From Octopus sinensis (Eukaryota): a DNA stretch of 64,000 nt. The DNA lies in NCBI RefSeq assembly GCF_006345805.1, contig NC_043000.1, positions 76,880,001 to 76,944,000 on the forward strand, in the 5' to 3' direction. Shown here piece by piece: positions 1-12,800 of this stretch (positions are counted from its first letter, which is position 1; each line of letters opens with the position of its first letter). The notes below the pieces were generated by a model. The model saw only the letters and a list, made by a program, of their open reading frames with translations. It was not told the origin of the DNA and searched no databases. The position numbers and the translations under genes are program-made.

Positions 1-34
1 TCAATTGAATATTGTTATATTTTTGTCATTTTAG

Positions 35-119
35 GTTGTTTGTGGTCAAGACCACACATTCTTTTTGACACAGTCTGGAGAGGTATACAGCTGTGGCTTA
101 AGCTCAGATGGACAGACAG
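35..119 (+). CDS. RCC1L: RCC1-like (WBSCR16) internal exon, VVCGQDHTFFLTQSGEVYSCGLSSDGQT-G; gene continues upstream of the window
   Basis: ttag acceptor at 31-34, GT donor at 120; translation resembles human RCC1L CGQDHSLFLTDKGEVYSCGWGADGQTG as recalled; phase 0-1. Confidence 0.93.
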
Positions 120-867
120 GTAACTATACAGGATATTTACATTTATATAAATTATTTATATGATTTATGTTTTTCAGATCTATCTTTGTATATAAACACA
201 ATATATTCATAAAGTACAGATGTATGGAAGATATGATGTAGCTAAATTTAAGGTAAAGTAAATAAAAAAGATGACACATCAGGAGGTGGGAAAGAGACCT
301 GTGTACATTGTGAACCCATGATAGAAAATATCTGTGTTTTCTCCCTGTTATGTTAGCAACAGGTAAAACTTGTCTAATTTATAGTTGAGTGGTTAGCAAT
401 AGGTGGATAAACCAGATGTTTTGGCAGTCATCCAGGCTATGTAGGTCATCTGTATCTCATATTGTTCCATCCATCCACATTTGGTCATTTGTATCCCACA
501 CTCTTCTATCTACCTACTGCAAGGAATCTCTATACCATCCAATCACTATAGACCATCACTACTCTACGTCTTTATATTCTGACATACATATTCCTCAGTG
601 AATGCTGTAATCAAACATTTGATATACTCACAATTCAAACACAAAACACCACCATGGTAATTAATATCAAACACATATAGTCACCACTACCACCACCATT
701 ATTACACATATACAGTTATCATAATTTTAGTTATCAGTACCTTACAGTTACAATAAAACCCACAATTATCATCACAAATACTTTAGCTTATAACTGCTGG
801 AAGTACCACTGCTAACACTATAGACATATGTTTTAGAAATCTCTTGTCTGTTTCTGTTTGTCTTTAG

Positions 868-978
868 GTTTGGGTCATTACAAGAATGTGTCACAAGCAA
901 CACAAGTGAAAGGTGATATTGAAGGTGTCAACATCAAACAGATAGCATGTTCTGGAGATTGTGTCCTAGCTTTATCAG
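868..978 (+). CDS. RCC1L: RCC1L exon, GLGHYKNVSQATQVKGDIEGVNIKQIACSGDCVLALS
   Basis: tctttag acceptor, cag|gtaggt donor, 111 nt, phase 1-1; continues the RCC1 repeat (GLGHY...GD..GV...Q...GDC.LA.S). Confidence 0.93.
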
Positions 979-1225
979 GTAGGTGTGCCCAGTGTGGTTG
1001 TGTACTCTTATTGTTCTGGAGACTGTCCAGGTATTGTCAGGTAGGTGTGTCCAGGGTGGCTATGTACCTTATTGCTGTGGAGATTGTGTCCTAGCATTGT
1101 CAGGGTGGTGTATCCAGAGTGGCTGCATACTCTGTAGACTGCCCTAGTTTTGTCAGGTAAGTGTACTCTGGGTGGGTATGTGCCGTTATTATTCTGGAGA
1201 TTGTCCTAGCATTGTCAGGTAGACA
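948..1225 (+). repeat. Degenerate ~60-bp minisatellite (5 units) built from the RCC1L exon 3' end plus donor
   Basis: Recurrent ttctggagattgtgtcctagc(a/t)ttgtcaggtaggtgt units. Confidence 0.85.
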
Positions 1226-1477
1226 ATGCTACAATATACAGCAGCTGTATATCTCTATTATTCTAGGAAGTGTGTACTAACTTGTAATTAATAGTCTATG
1301 ATGTAAACTGGTGACTATGTAGTCTGTTTTATGACACTTAAATTATTAATTAAATGAAATATAAAGTTTATGAGTTGAAAAAAATGTGACTAAGATTGTT
1401 AAAATTACTATATAGAAACATTTTTAGTCTTGTAACTTGAACAGTTAACCTATAAATATAATTGCTTCCTGTCTTAA

Positions 1478-1691
1478 CTCTTTAGCATTTAAACCAGTTG
1501 TATCTGGCCCAAATATTCTACTTGATTTATATTCGCACAGGCCAGATCCAACCTCTCACACCTACCCTGCAATGTCATTCTAAAAACAAACAATCTCCTT
1601 AAAAATCTCAGAGCAATGAGATAATACAGTATTAATTTTATAAAATGTGACTAAGTATTACACTTGACAAAGTAATCTGAATGCTAAAGAT
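1478..1691. mobile_element. TTAA-type (piggyBac/Kolobok-like) MITE
   Basis: ttaa|ctctttagcatt ... aatgctaaagat|ttat; short TIR with a degenerate TTAA TSD. Confidence 0.6.
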
Positions 1692-1730
1692 TTATATATA
1701 TTTCTTGTTATTTCCCTTTTTTCTTTTCAG

Positions 1731-1892
1731 ATGAAGGAGATGTATTTGGCTGGGGCAACTCTGAGTACAACCAGTTAGCATTGATTACTGATCACACCCA
1801 GGTGCATACACCAAAGCATTTTAAACTATCAGCATCTTTGGGCAAAATCACCCAAGTGGCATCTGGTGGGTCAATCTGTGGGTTTCTGAATG
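1731..1892 (+). CDS. RCC1L: RCC1L exon, DEGDVFGWGNSEYNQLALITDHTQVHTPKHFKLSASLGKITQVASGGSICGFLN
   Basis: Polypyrimidine + cag acceptor, g|gtaag donor, 162 nt, phase 1-1; FGWGNSEY motif. Confidence 0.95.
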
Positions 1893-1982
1893 GTAAGAGG
1901 ACATCTTATATAATAGTGTTTGCTGATTAGTGTTAATTGGGAATGGCTTTTTATGAATCTTAATAAATTCTTTGCTTTAATT

Positions 1983-3690
1983 CAGTGTTTCTCAGCCATT
2001 TTTTAATATATGGATACTTTTGATTCTTATTTTACTTGGGTGGACCCTCCTAGCATTCATCATCATCATCATCATTTAACGTCCGCTTTCCCTGCTAGCA
2101 TGGGTTGGACGATTTTGACCGAGGGCTGGCGAACCAGTTGGCTCCACCAGGCTCCAATCTTGATTTGGCAGAGTTTCTACAGCTAGATGCCCTTCCTAAC
2201 GCCAACCACTCCGAGAGTGTAGTGGGTGCTTTTTATGTGACAACGGCACGGGGGCCAGTCAGGCGGTACTGGCAATGACCTCGCTCGAATCCTTTTACAC
2301 ATGCCCCCGGCACAGGTGCCAGTAAGGCGACTTTGGTAACGATCACGCTTGAATGGTGCCCTTTTATGTGCCACTGGCACGGAAGCCAGTTGGCTGCTCG
2401 GGCAACGATCATGCTCAGATGGTGCTATTGGCACCCTACTATCACGGGCACAAGTGCCAGTAAGGCGATGCTGGTAACGATCACGCTCGAATGGTGCCCT
2501 TTGAGTGCCACTGGCACGGAAGCTGGTTAGCTGCTCTGTCAATGATCATGCTTGTATGGTGCTCTTTGCACCCTGCTAACAGGGATGCCAGTCATCAATT
2601 TTGATTTTGATTGATTTGATTTCACTTGCCTCAAGAGGTCTTCATGAGCAGAGTTTTAGTGTCCAAAGAAGGAAAAGGTACGCATAAGTGGGCTGGTTAC
2701 GCCCCTGGCATAGGCCATGAGATTATGGTTTCATTTGGCTTGCCGGGTCTTCTCATGCACGGCATATTTCCAAAGGTCTCGGTCACTAGTCATTTCCTTG
2801 GTGAGGCCTAAAGTTTGAAGGTCGTGCTTCACCACTTCATCCCAGGTCTTTCTGGGTCTACCTCTTCCACAGGTTCCCTCAACTGCTAGGGCGTGGCACT
2901 TTTTCACACAGCTGTCCTCGTCCATTCTTGCCACATGACCATACCAGCGCAGTCGTCTCTCTTGCACACCACATCTGATGCTTCTTAGGTCCAACTTTCC
3001 TCTCAAGGTACTTACACTCTGTCGAGTATGCACACTAATATTACACATCCCATCGAATCATACTGGCTTCATTCCTTGTGAGCTTACGCATGTCCTCAGC
3101 AGTCACAGCCCATGTTTCACTGCCATGTAGCATGGCTGTTCGTACACAAGCGTCATACAGTCTATCTTTTACTCTGAGTGAGAGGCCCTTTGTCGCCAGC
3201 AGAGGTAAGAGCTCTCTGAACTTTGCCCAAGCTATTCTTATTCTAGCAGTTACACTTTCAGCGCACCCACCTCCACTATTGACTTGGTCCTCTAGGTAAC
3301 GGAAGCTATCAACTACTTCTAGTTTTTCTCCCTGGAATGTGGCGGAAGTTGGTCTCTGCGTATTTTCAGTGTTTATTGCTCCCGAGCATCTGCCACATAC
3401 AAAATCTTTCTTCCCAGTTAGCCTCCCTTTGATATTACTGCACCTCTTATGTGTCCATAGCTTACACAGGGTACATCTTATAGAGTTTCTACCTACGCCT
3501 TTTCTACAGATCGAGCAGGGCCATCTACCTGAAGGGATCATATCTTTATTGCTACATTTGCTACCAGGACTGCTAGGAATTGTATAAAAATGATTATTAA
3601 AATAATTTGCATATTGTAGAAGTATGACCAATCTATTGGAGATAAATTTTAACAACAAAATCCTATGTGGACCCCAGTTGAGAATCACTG
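1983..3690. mobile_element. hAT-type MITE split by an RTE insertion
   Basis: TIRs cagtgtttctca / tgagaatcactg; 8-bp TSD ctttaatt (1975-1982) / ctttaatc (3691-3698). Confidence 0.75.
2055..3538 (-). mobile_element. 5'-truncated RTE LINE (PHD-like finger, RT C-terminus, 3'UTR, (ATG)n tail)
   Basis: ORFs 3041-3700 and 2731-3048 are homologous to the RTE at 55340-59494; the + strand shows a catcat tail at the left end. Confidence 0.92.
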
Positions 3691-4056
3691 CTTTAATCAA
3701 TGAGTTGAATATTTCACTATGGTCAACCGCATCACTTATGCCTTCCCTTTATACTTTTTTCAGTTGTACATATATTGTTTAAGTTTTTTTTATAATTGAA
3801 GCTGTTTGTAATAAATCTATTGAATAGGATCTTTCAAACCTAACAATCATGTTAACATCCTATAATGAAACTATCTTGTCTTAAATGAGCATATCTTTAT
3901 TACTACATTTGCTACCAGGACTGCAAGAATAATAAAAGATTGTATCCTATGTACTGGAACTTGGGTAAATCACAAAGATTAATTTCTTTCCATTTATCTC
4001 TTGTATCTTATTCCATTGATCTCATATGTCTTATTCAATTATCTCTCATCCCACCC

Positions 4057-4235
4057 TCAGTTTCCTTCCTACCACCAACTTCCCATCCTCAATTTTCCTC
4101 CTACTACCAACCTTCGACCCTCAACTTCTCTCCTATCACCAACCTCCTCTTCCCAATTTCTTTCCTGCCGCCAATCTCCTCTCAGCTTATCTCACACTGC
4201 CAATCTCCTACCATCAGTTCGCTCCCGCCAGCTTA
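4057..4235. repeat. Degenerate pyrimidine-rich ~30-32 bp minisatellite
   Basis: Units of the form ctca(g/a)tt(t/c)c..cctac(c/t)accaac..c, about 6 copies. Confidence 0.6.
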
Positions 4236-5396
4236 CTCTTATTTACTACATCAGTATTGTAGTAATTTCGTATGAGATTACATTATTAAAATTGATTTAA
4301 GGACTCAGATGAACTAATGGCATGAATTAGATGATGATAAAGATCGATGTATCTACACTTTTTCCGTTATACCACAGTATGTAAAAAAAAATTTCACTCA
4401 AATTTCACATTTTCAGGAAGAAGAAGACCGAATAAAAACTAACTCAAAATGAAGGAGAGATAATTTAAGAATTTCTTAAGTTATCTGCCCTTCTCTTTGT
4501 GTTACTAACAATTATCAAGTTTTTGACTTCTCCAACTAAATATGAAATTTCAATGAATTGTGTATGCAACATGCAGTATGTCACCTTTTGTTTTAAATGA
4601 TATTGTGAGATGTTTTTGCCAAAGGAACAAGGGATTTAAATCAATTATGATTTATCTGGAAATTGAAACTGAATTACTACATTACCACATTTGTTGCTTA
4701 CTTACCTCTACTTATAACTGCTACTCTTCTAAATACTACTATTGTGTCTTTCACAGGTACTTTCCTGTACTTCACAACACACTCACTGTTCTGAGCACCC
4801 TTATTTTTTTTTCTTATCTATGACAAGTTCTTCCCTCTATTTCACAACACTCCCCCTTTAACATCTCAATGATGGTGAAACCCATAACCTATAGGGTTGT
4901 AGGAGCTCCACTGTAGTGTGTATCTTGGGCTGGTCACTGTAGTGTATCTAAAACAGATCAGTGTAGTGTAACTGTGTGTGAAGAAATACAAACTACAGAC
5001 CTATCAGCTGGTATTCTGCCATCTATCAATTTAAACAGCTGACAATCTCATAATCATTATTATAGCTTTTTTTATGACCACTACTTCTCATGTGCATTGA
5101 TTAGACAAATCTGTTTCAATGTGGTATTTCTCCAGATGTTTGGTTCTTCATTATTTTTTGTGAGGTCTCAACATTCTGAGATCAGACATCTCCCTTCACT
5201 CTTCATTTGTTTTCCTCTTCCATATCCATTAATACTCACTTCAGCCATCTGGATGAAATTTAGGCTCACTCTAAGACCTAATTAAATATTTTGTAATTAT
5301 TCAGCTTTGTACGTTTTTATCCCTGCCAGACAGGATTACAGATTTGTTTTTTAACATTAAAAAAAAATTTCTGTTATTTTCTTTTTGCACTTAAAG

Positions 5397-5570
5397 CCTC
5401 TGGTGAAGTTTTTACATGGGGTTTTGGTATATTAGGGCGAGGTCCTAAAGTCCAGTCTTCTACAGTACCTACCAAACTTCCTACTCCACTGTTTGGTGCT
5501 AATGAACTTGATCCTGCTAAGACTGTTGTTTCCCTCAAATGTGGAATTTACCATTTTGCTGCTCTTACCA
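5397..5570 (+). CDS. RCC1L: RCC1L exon, ASGEVFTWGFGILGRGPKVQSSTVPTKLPTPLFGANELDPAKTVVSLKCGIYHFAALT
   Basis: aag acceptor after a T-rich tract, a|gtaagt donor, 174 nt, phase 1-1; VF.WG.GILG.GP and CG..HFAALT motifs. Confidence 0.95.
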
Positions 5571-7559
5571 GTAAGTACAATGTTTTTCTCTGCCTCGTTT
5601 TCAAGACAACATTAACCATGTCCATCTCAGAAGTATCACAATGTCAGTGAAGGTTAAGAGTTGAACCCTTTCATCTGGACCAAACTAATAACAAAAATGT
5701 CTTTAGTGATGTCTACAGCACACATATAGTAAATAATTATAGTACTGTAGATATTGTCTATATATTAAGAAAAGAAATTTTCTCTGAGAGTTTATAAAAA
5801 TATTTTTTCTGTTTTTACTTATTTTTTTCTTTATGACTAAATGACTGTAGTAGTGGCACTAAATGTCTATGGTACAAATATATTATTCCTGTAGTATTGA
5901 TGTACTGTATATCTGTAGTACTAACATACTATGTGTCTGTAGTACAGACATATTAGATATCTATAGTACTGGTATTCTATTTGTCTATAATAGATTCTCA
6001 TTATTTAACATTACCTTTATTGACAGATGTATTGAAGAAGTTAGCTGTCTGTCTGTTTGTTAGTTGTACTGGTGTCTTTACATTGGGAGTTTAGTCTGTT
6101 TGGGCAAATTCTGTGAACTTCTATAAACCCTAACCAATTCTGCTGTTCATAGAGTAGCAACTTGACTATAGTCAACTTGCTATTGAAGCATCAAGTTTTA
6201 AGTGAGGTTTGGTAGATGGAAACTTGTGTGGAAGCCTATAAGAGGAACCATTTTTTTTGAAGGGTGGTAGACTTTACCTGTCACCTGTTTATCATGAGCC
6301 TTGGCCCTTGGGTGGAACCCACTATGTTACACAAGTATTCAGGTCAGATCTCTTGTGTGATGTAACTTCATTCTTTCTCTGACCACTCCTGAAGGTCCCA
6401 AGGAAGGTAATGGGTGCTGCTGCCTTTCATCCTTTGACTAAATCATAAAAAGAAAAAGAATACATATCTGCAAGGATATATAGACTTATGAGAATGTACT
6501 TGCAGGACTGTGCCCCACCTCCACACTGTCTGCCCCATGAAGCATATCCCCCACATTCCATCCTTTAATACTCACCACTTCTCTTTCTATGATACTACTC
6601 AGCGACTGTAATCACCTGAGAACAGAATAGAGCCATGCTACATACCTCCCCCCAACCATCAAACCACTTCCATTTCATATTATTTTCCCTGGCCACTGTT
6701 TCCACCAGTCCCCTCCTTTCTGTGTCTCCAGCCACTGTTCTCTTTCCTCTACAAAACTCCATCCTTAACATCTCTCTTATCTGCTATCACTTTCAATACC
6801 CTCACATATCTATCATATCTCTACTGAGCTGCTCCTTTATCTCTCACTCTCACCATCACTTGCTACAGTCATCTCTCCACACACTCCTCTATCACCCCTT
6901 GCTCACTCACTCTGTCTAATCCTCTGAATCACTTCACTTATATTCACCTCAATGCTGTACCTTGAGGGTGTGTCCCGGTACATCACCACCACCAACTCTC
7001 TCTCTCTGTCCCTATCTTTCTCTCTAACTCTCTTTTTCCCTTTTTTCCCAACTGGAGTTGCCCTGTGTCTCCTCAACAGCAAAACACCTATCTCTATCCC
7101 TCTATAATATTCAACCTCTCATCAACTGGCACAAAGTCACCTTCCTTACTACTCCCTTTCCCACTTGAGAGGTCTTTGTCTTGTAAGTTACTCAGTGACC
7201 CCACTGGTGTGCATTCCATATGAAAAGTACCCAGTTCTGTCTGTAAAGTGATTGGTGTTTAGAAGGGCATCCAACCATAGAGACCATGCTAAAGCAGATA
7301 ATAGATCTTGGTGCAGTTGTCTGGATTGCTAGCTCCCATCAAACTGCCCAGTGTGAACTTTACATGGTTTTACAGGTGCTTTTTTGTGACCCTGAATGTG
7401 TGCTTTTCTACATGGTACTGGAATGGGTGCTTTTACAGGGCTGCAGCATCTGCAACTTCACAGGACAAAGACTCTCGGCTGACAGAGAATGTATAGATGG
7501 CCACGATTTTACTTAGCTTAATGTGTCTTCTGAAGCGTAGCAAATTGCCAGAAGTATTG

Positions 7560-8215
7560 GTCGTTTGTAATCTCATTGAGGCCTAGCATCTGAAGATCCT
7601 TTCTCAGCACTTTGTCCTATGTCTTCCTGAATCTACCCCTTCCACATATTCTCTCCACAGTTAGAGATCAGCACTTCTTGATGCAGCTGTCCTCATCCAT
7701 ATGCACCACATGACCTTACCAGTGCTGTCTTTTCTCTTGCACACTACATCTGATGCCTCATACCCAATTTTTCCTTTACACTCTGTCATACATGCATACT
7801 AACATTACCTATCCAGCAGAGCATGCTGGTTTCATTTCTTTGAAGTCTTTGCATGACCTCAGTAGTCACAGCCCATGTTTCACTACCGTATAGCATAGCT
7901 GTTTGTACACTGGCACCATACAATCTGCCTTTCACTCTGAGAAAGTGGCCCATTGTTACCAACAAAGATAGCAGCTCTCTGTACTTTGTCCAGCCTGTTC
8001 TTATTCTAGCAACTATGCTTTTAGAGCTTCCTCCTCCATTGCTAACTTGGTCACCTTGGTAACACAAACTACTACTTCTAAGGATCCCCTGGATATTGGA
8101 GAGATTCTATTTTCTGCACATTTCTAGTATTTATTGTACCTGCACATCTTCCACGTACAAAGACTACTTTCTCTGTTAACCTCCTGTAATACCACTGCAT
8201 CTCTTATGTATGCCA
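7560..8215 (-). mobile_element. Decayed RTE RT C-terminal fragment
   Basis: ORF 7786-8067 (ARIRTGWTKYRELL...RVKGRLY...MLYGSETWAVT). Confidence 0.85.
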
Positions 8216-9128
8216 TGTTTATGATTAGAAATGTACTGCTGTGTATTAGTGAAATTTATCCTTGAAATGAGGGTGTTGGAGCTTGAAGAATCTACAGTTC
8301 AAAACTCAACCAAAAGTGCTTTATTTGAATAAAGAAGCTGCTTTGCTTACTGCAATATTAAAGAGATTGTCATATGGAAAACACTTTACTGACAACATGA
8401 TTGTAAAATCTGTTTGGTTTCTTGATCAATGTCACTTCAAAAGAGTCACTGTATAGACATCATGTAATGACTAAATCATCTCAACATAATGTTGGACTAT
8501 CACAATACTGAATGAGAATGAAAATAAAGCCAGAAGGATTTGATTCAGAATTTCTTGTTGGTAATGAATATCCTTCCTGACACCAACCCTTTGAGAAGAC
8601 TGGCTTAATTTTAAAGTATCTCACTTCTCAACCCTTTACAACTCAAACTGAGACAGTAAGCTGCTATTTTTCACCTACTTCCTTGATTTGATTGTAGTAC
8701 CTTTTTGGTATATAGGAGCTGACCATTGCACATATGACCTATGTATGAGTCATTACACTGACACAGTATTGTGTCTTATTTAAAGCTTTATTGCAGTGTT
8801 TATGTTTAGATTTGAAACTGCTATACAACAGAAAGGGTAAAGAGTAAAGACCCCCTTTGGTCATGAATGACCATGGGATTGCATCTGGAAAGTTCCTGGA
8901 AGACCAGCAGTTGTCTAAGGGGAAAAACAAGGGCTGATAGAGCTTGGCACCAGTTATGTGACAACACATTTCTACAGCTGAGTGAACTGGAGCAATGTGA
9001 AATAAAGTGTCTTTATTCCCAGTTTGACCTGGGAATCAGACTCACTACCTCATGATTGTGAGACCGATGCTCTAACCACTGAGCCATGCACCTTCATCTG
9101 AAAATGTTTTTTACTTTGTACTTTTCAG

Positions 9129-9214
9129 ACCGTGGTGACCTCTATACCTGGGGAAAAAACAAGCAAGGATACCTTGGACTTGGAGACAGAAATGATCAAT
9201 TCTTTCCACTGAGG
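9129..9214 (+). CDS. RCC1L: RCC1L exon, NRGDLYTWGKNKQGYLGLGDRNDQFFPLR
   Basis: ttttcag acceptor, agg|gtaaat donor, 86 nt, phase 1-0; WGKN..G.LG.G...DQ.FP motif. Confidence 0.95.
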
Positions 9215-9821
9215 GTAAATTTTATTTTTGTTTATTATTTCCACAAGAAAATTTGTGCTTATTGCAAAATTTTCTTCTTTTTTCTTATTTGGATGTGACG
9301 TTGTATGGTAAGTTAGCTGTCATTCTGATTTCATTGCTGTTGATCAGTTTCCAGTATTTCTCAAGTCTGTATGTACATACTAAGAATGGTTTGACTGAGG
9401 ACTAAATTTCAGGGGTGTATAGTTGTAAATGTATTTCAGTTGTAGTTCTGATGAATAATTTCTTTATTTTGGACAGTGTTCCTTCTAATCTTTGTTGTAG
9501 GTGTGCACAGAAATGTGCTTGTATGCTAATTTTGTCTTTCTTTGGAAAGTATGTACTCTTCCAATTAAGTAATCATTGTTCAAATGCCATATTGACTACC
9601 TCAGCAAAAGCACATCTTTTTAAAGTGTGTTTTAGATACATTATAATGTAATTAATTTCTTTGATTAAAAAAAATTGATCTCATCTTAAACACATTGTAG
9701 GTTAGACATGGCCTGGGCCTATACTGGCTGAAACCTATCAAAGTTGTCAAAGTTATGCATATTTTTTCCATTATGTGTTAGTTGTAAGATGTGTGTGCAT
9801 GCACATGTACACAGCTTAGAG

Positions 9822-12800
9822 CCTTGGTTCACAAACTTTTTCAAAATTTTCATCCTACGGACCCCCGCCTATTATTTTGAGGCTTTACAGACCCCCAACC
9901 CTGCCCCAAACCGAAAAAATTAGAGAAGACAAACAAAGCAAAATGACCTTGTGTAAAATAATTTTTCATGAGATAAAATTTTACTGATAAAATAAAAAAA
10001 ATTCAGTGAGAGGGGTGAACTTGTTTGGTCTGTAATATGTCCTCAATATTAGGCTGCGTTTTTTGATAATGTGACCCTTATGTCATGCGCAACATCCATT
10101 TTATTGCAAGACATTGTTTTAATTGCGAGTAAAGTTGCAAAAGCCGTCTCACATTCACACGTTATTGGAAATGGAACGATGAATTTGAAGGCCAATTTGG
10201 CAACATCTGGATAGGACTGTGCCATTTCAATCCAGAACTAACTGCAGCACATGTTATGGAAGGTGTCTTTTGCACCTCCATCATTCAGCAAGTTGATGAA
10301 CTGTTTTTGAATGATGTAATCTTCTGACAGAAGGTCAACAACAGAGATTGCAAAGGGATTGGTGATGAAATGATGAACTTCTTTGAAGTTTTGTGGGTCG
10401 GGAAGGTATCTTTGAATTTCAGTGTGAAGAATTAAGACATGCTGTTTCATTATGTTGAGGATGTCAGCATCAACTTGAAGGCCATCTTCATCAAGGAAAG
10501 TATTGAAGTTTGGAAATGGTGCAAAATTCTCACATTTCAATTTAGAATGCCACAAATGGAGCTTTATTTTAAATGCAATCATTTTTTCATGACAGTTGAC
10601 AATGGTGATATCCTTTTCTTGTAATGCTAAGTTAACAGAATTAACTGATTCAAAAATGTCGACCAAAAAGGAGAGACATATAAGGAACCGAATATTGGAG
10701 AATTGTCTGTGCAGTTCTTTTTTAGCACCACCAAGAAATTCGTGTGTGTCATTTCATAGAATGACGACTCTTTTCAGTACTCTCCCTTCGGATAACCACC
10801 TCAGTAAAAGCGTTTCAAAGAGTACAATAAAAGCATTTCAAAATTTGAGCCATTCTCCTTGCACAAGTCAGCAAAATGATGCAAGTTTAGAAAATTAGCT
10901 TTGATAAAATTTACCTCTTTGATCACATCATTCAAAACATTCTTCAAATAGTCAGGCATTATTTTAACCATTAATGCTTGGCAATGAAGTGTACAATGCA
11001 TACCAATTGCATTAGGAGACTTCTCCGTCACTATTGCCTAAAAGCCAGAGTGGCAACCAAGCATTGCTGGAGTACTGTCGGTGCACATGCCAACATGCTC
11101 CCAGTTTATGCCATGCATGTTAAAGAATTGATCCACTTTCTGGAATATATTGTTTGCAGTGGTTCGGGTGTTGAGGGGTTTTGCAAAAAAGGAATTCATC
11201 TTCCAGGCGTTTGTTATGCATGTAATGTACATAAACATAAATCTGCTACATCAGTGGTTTCATCAACTTGGAAGGTGACATAGTTAAACATTGATGTTTT
11301 TATATTTGAGATGGCCTGAGACAAAATATTATCTGACATCTCAGCGATTTGTTGACTGACTGTGTTGTTGGAAAGTGAAACATGTTTAAGCTTCTGTAGT
11401 TTGGATGTTCTGAGCACGAGTGAGATTATATCTTTGCAGCAAGGAAGAATTAACAGCTCTACAATCTTATGAGGGTTTTTTGCAGCAGCAATTTTCTTTA
11501 AAACCTCATAGGAGGCTATCAGACAAGGTGCAATGTCCTGCATACACATTCCTGTGTCATCAAGCCTGGATTTGACCAAACTGTCAGTTTGGTGTCTGAA
11601 AAATTCCTCATCTTTGTTGACTGCATTGGGATGTTTCATTTCCGAATGCCTCTTTAGCCTACTGGGCTTCAGCAAAGAAGCTGCCAATACCTCAGCACAG
11701 CACAGAACACACTGTAGTTTTTCTACTCCACCAGCAGTAAGGGCAGTGATGATTCGTCGTATCTCCTTTTCTTTGTAAAAGACATTTTACAAATAAATAT
11801 AATAACTATGTAAATGTTGCGCATAAATGCACAGAATTTTGTACTATTTCACTCTGTTACTTTTATCAGTATAAATAAAATATATATAAATAAGATATGT
11901 TTCAAAGCATGGTAAGTCCTTATTCATGCAGAAGTTACTTCGAAACTGGTTAATTGTGTTTTACTTCAATATCCTCATTTTAGTTATTAAGTTGGACTTA
12001 GGTCAAATTTTTTACCATTGTACCTACTTAAAAAAAGTTCAACTAAAAGTCACTAGGTACCAAAGTACCTAGTGACTTTTAGTTGTAGAATGAACGTCTT
12101 AATTCTGACAGTGCTACTATTGGCTTATTAGGTCCCTACTTTGCTTAATACAAACATAAAAAGTAAAATTAATAATGGACTTACGATGATAAATTTGTTA
12201 AAAATATAGGCATTCGTTAATAATGGTGGAAACAAATCGCGACCTCTCCATAAACCACTCTTGCATACTATGTCATCAATGAGCCGGTGTTACGGCTGAT
12301 GTAACAGCCCAGAATATACCCCTGTCCAGGCTATACCCCATGCTTGTGGATAAATAACACAGATGTATCTCACTTATAAAAGCTGCCTCAGAACATATAT
12401 ATAAAATTTGATATCAATTGAAGAATTAAAAGTTACATGTAAATTTCGATTTAATCATAGTAATTTAGAACTATCAAATGCAAATATTCAATGTACCAAT
12501 ATAAACCTAATGTATAGGTAGATTGGAGAAAAATTGATGACTTGTGCATGCTGTGCAGTGCACCTGTACTATGAGTCCTAGAATAGACTTGAACAAATGT
12601 GGCCATTCGTGTTGGATTCATATTGGTACGTTTTAAAGTATTTTGCATTTGATAATTCTAAATTGCTATCTTTAAATTGAAATTTACATGTAACTTTTAA
12701 TTCTTCATTGAGTGATATCAAATTTTATAAGGTACATCTGTGTTATTTGTCTGCAAGCATGGGGTATAGTCTAGGCAGAGGTATATTCTGAGCTGTTACA

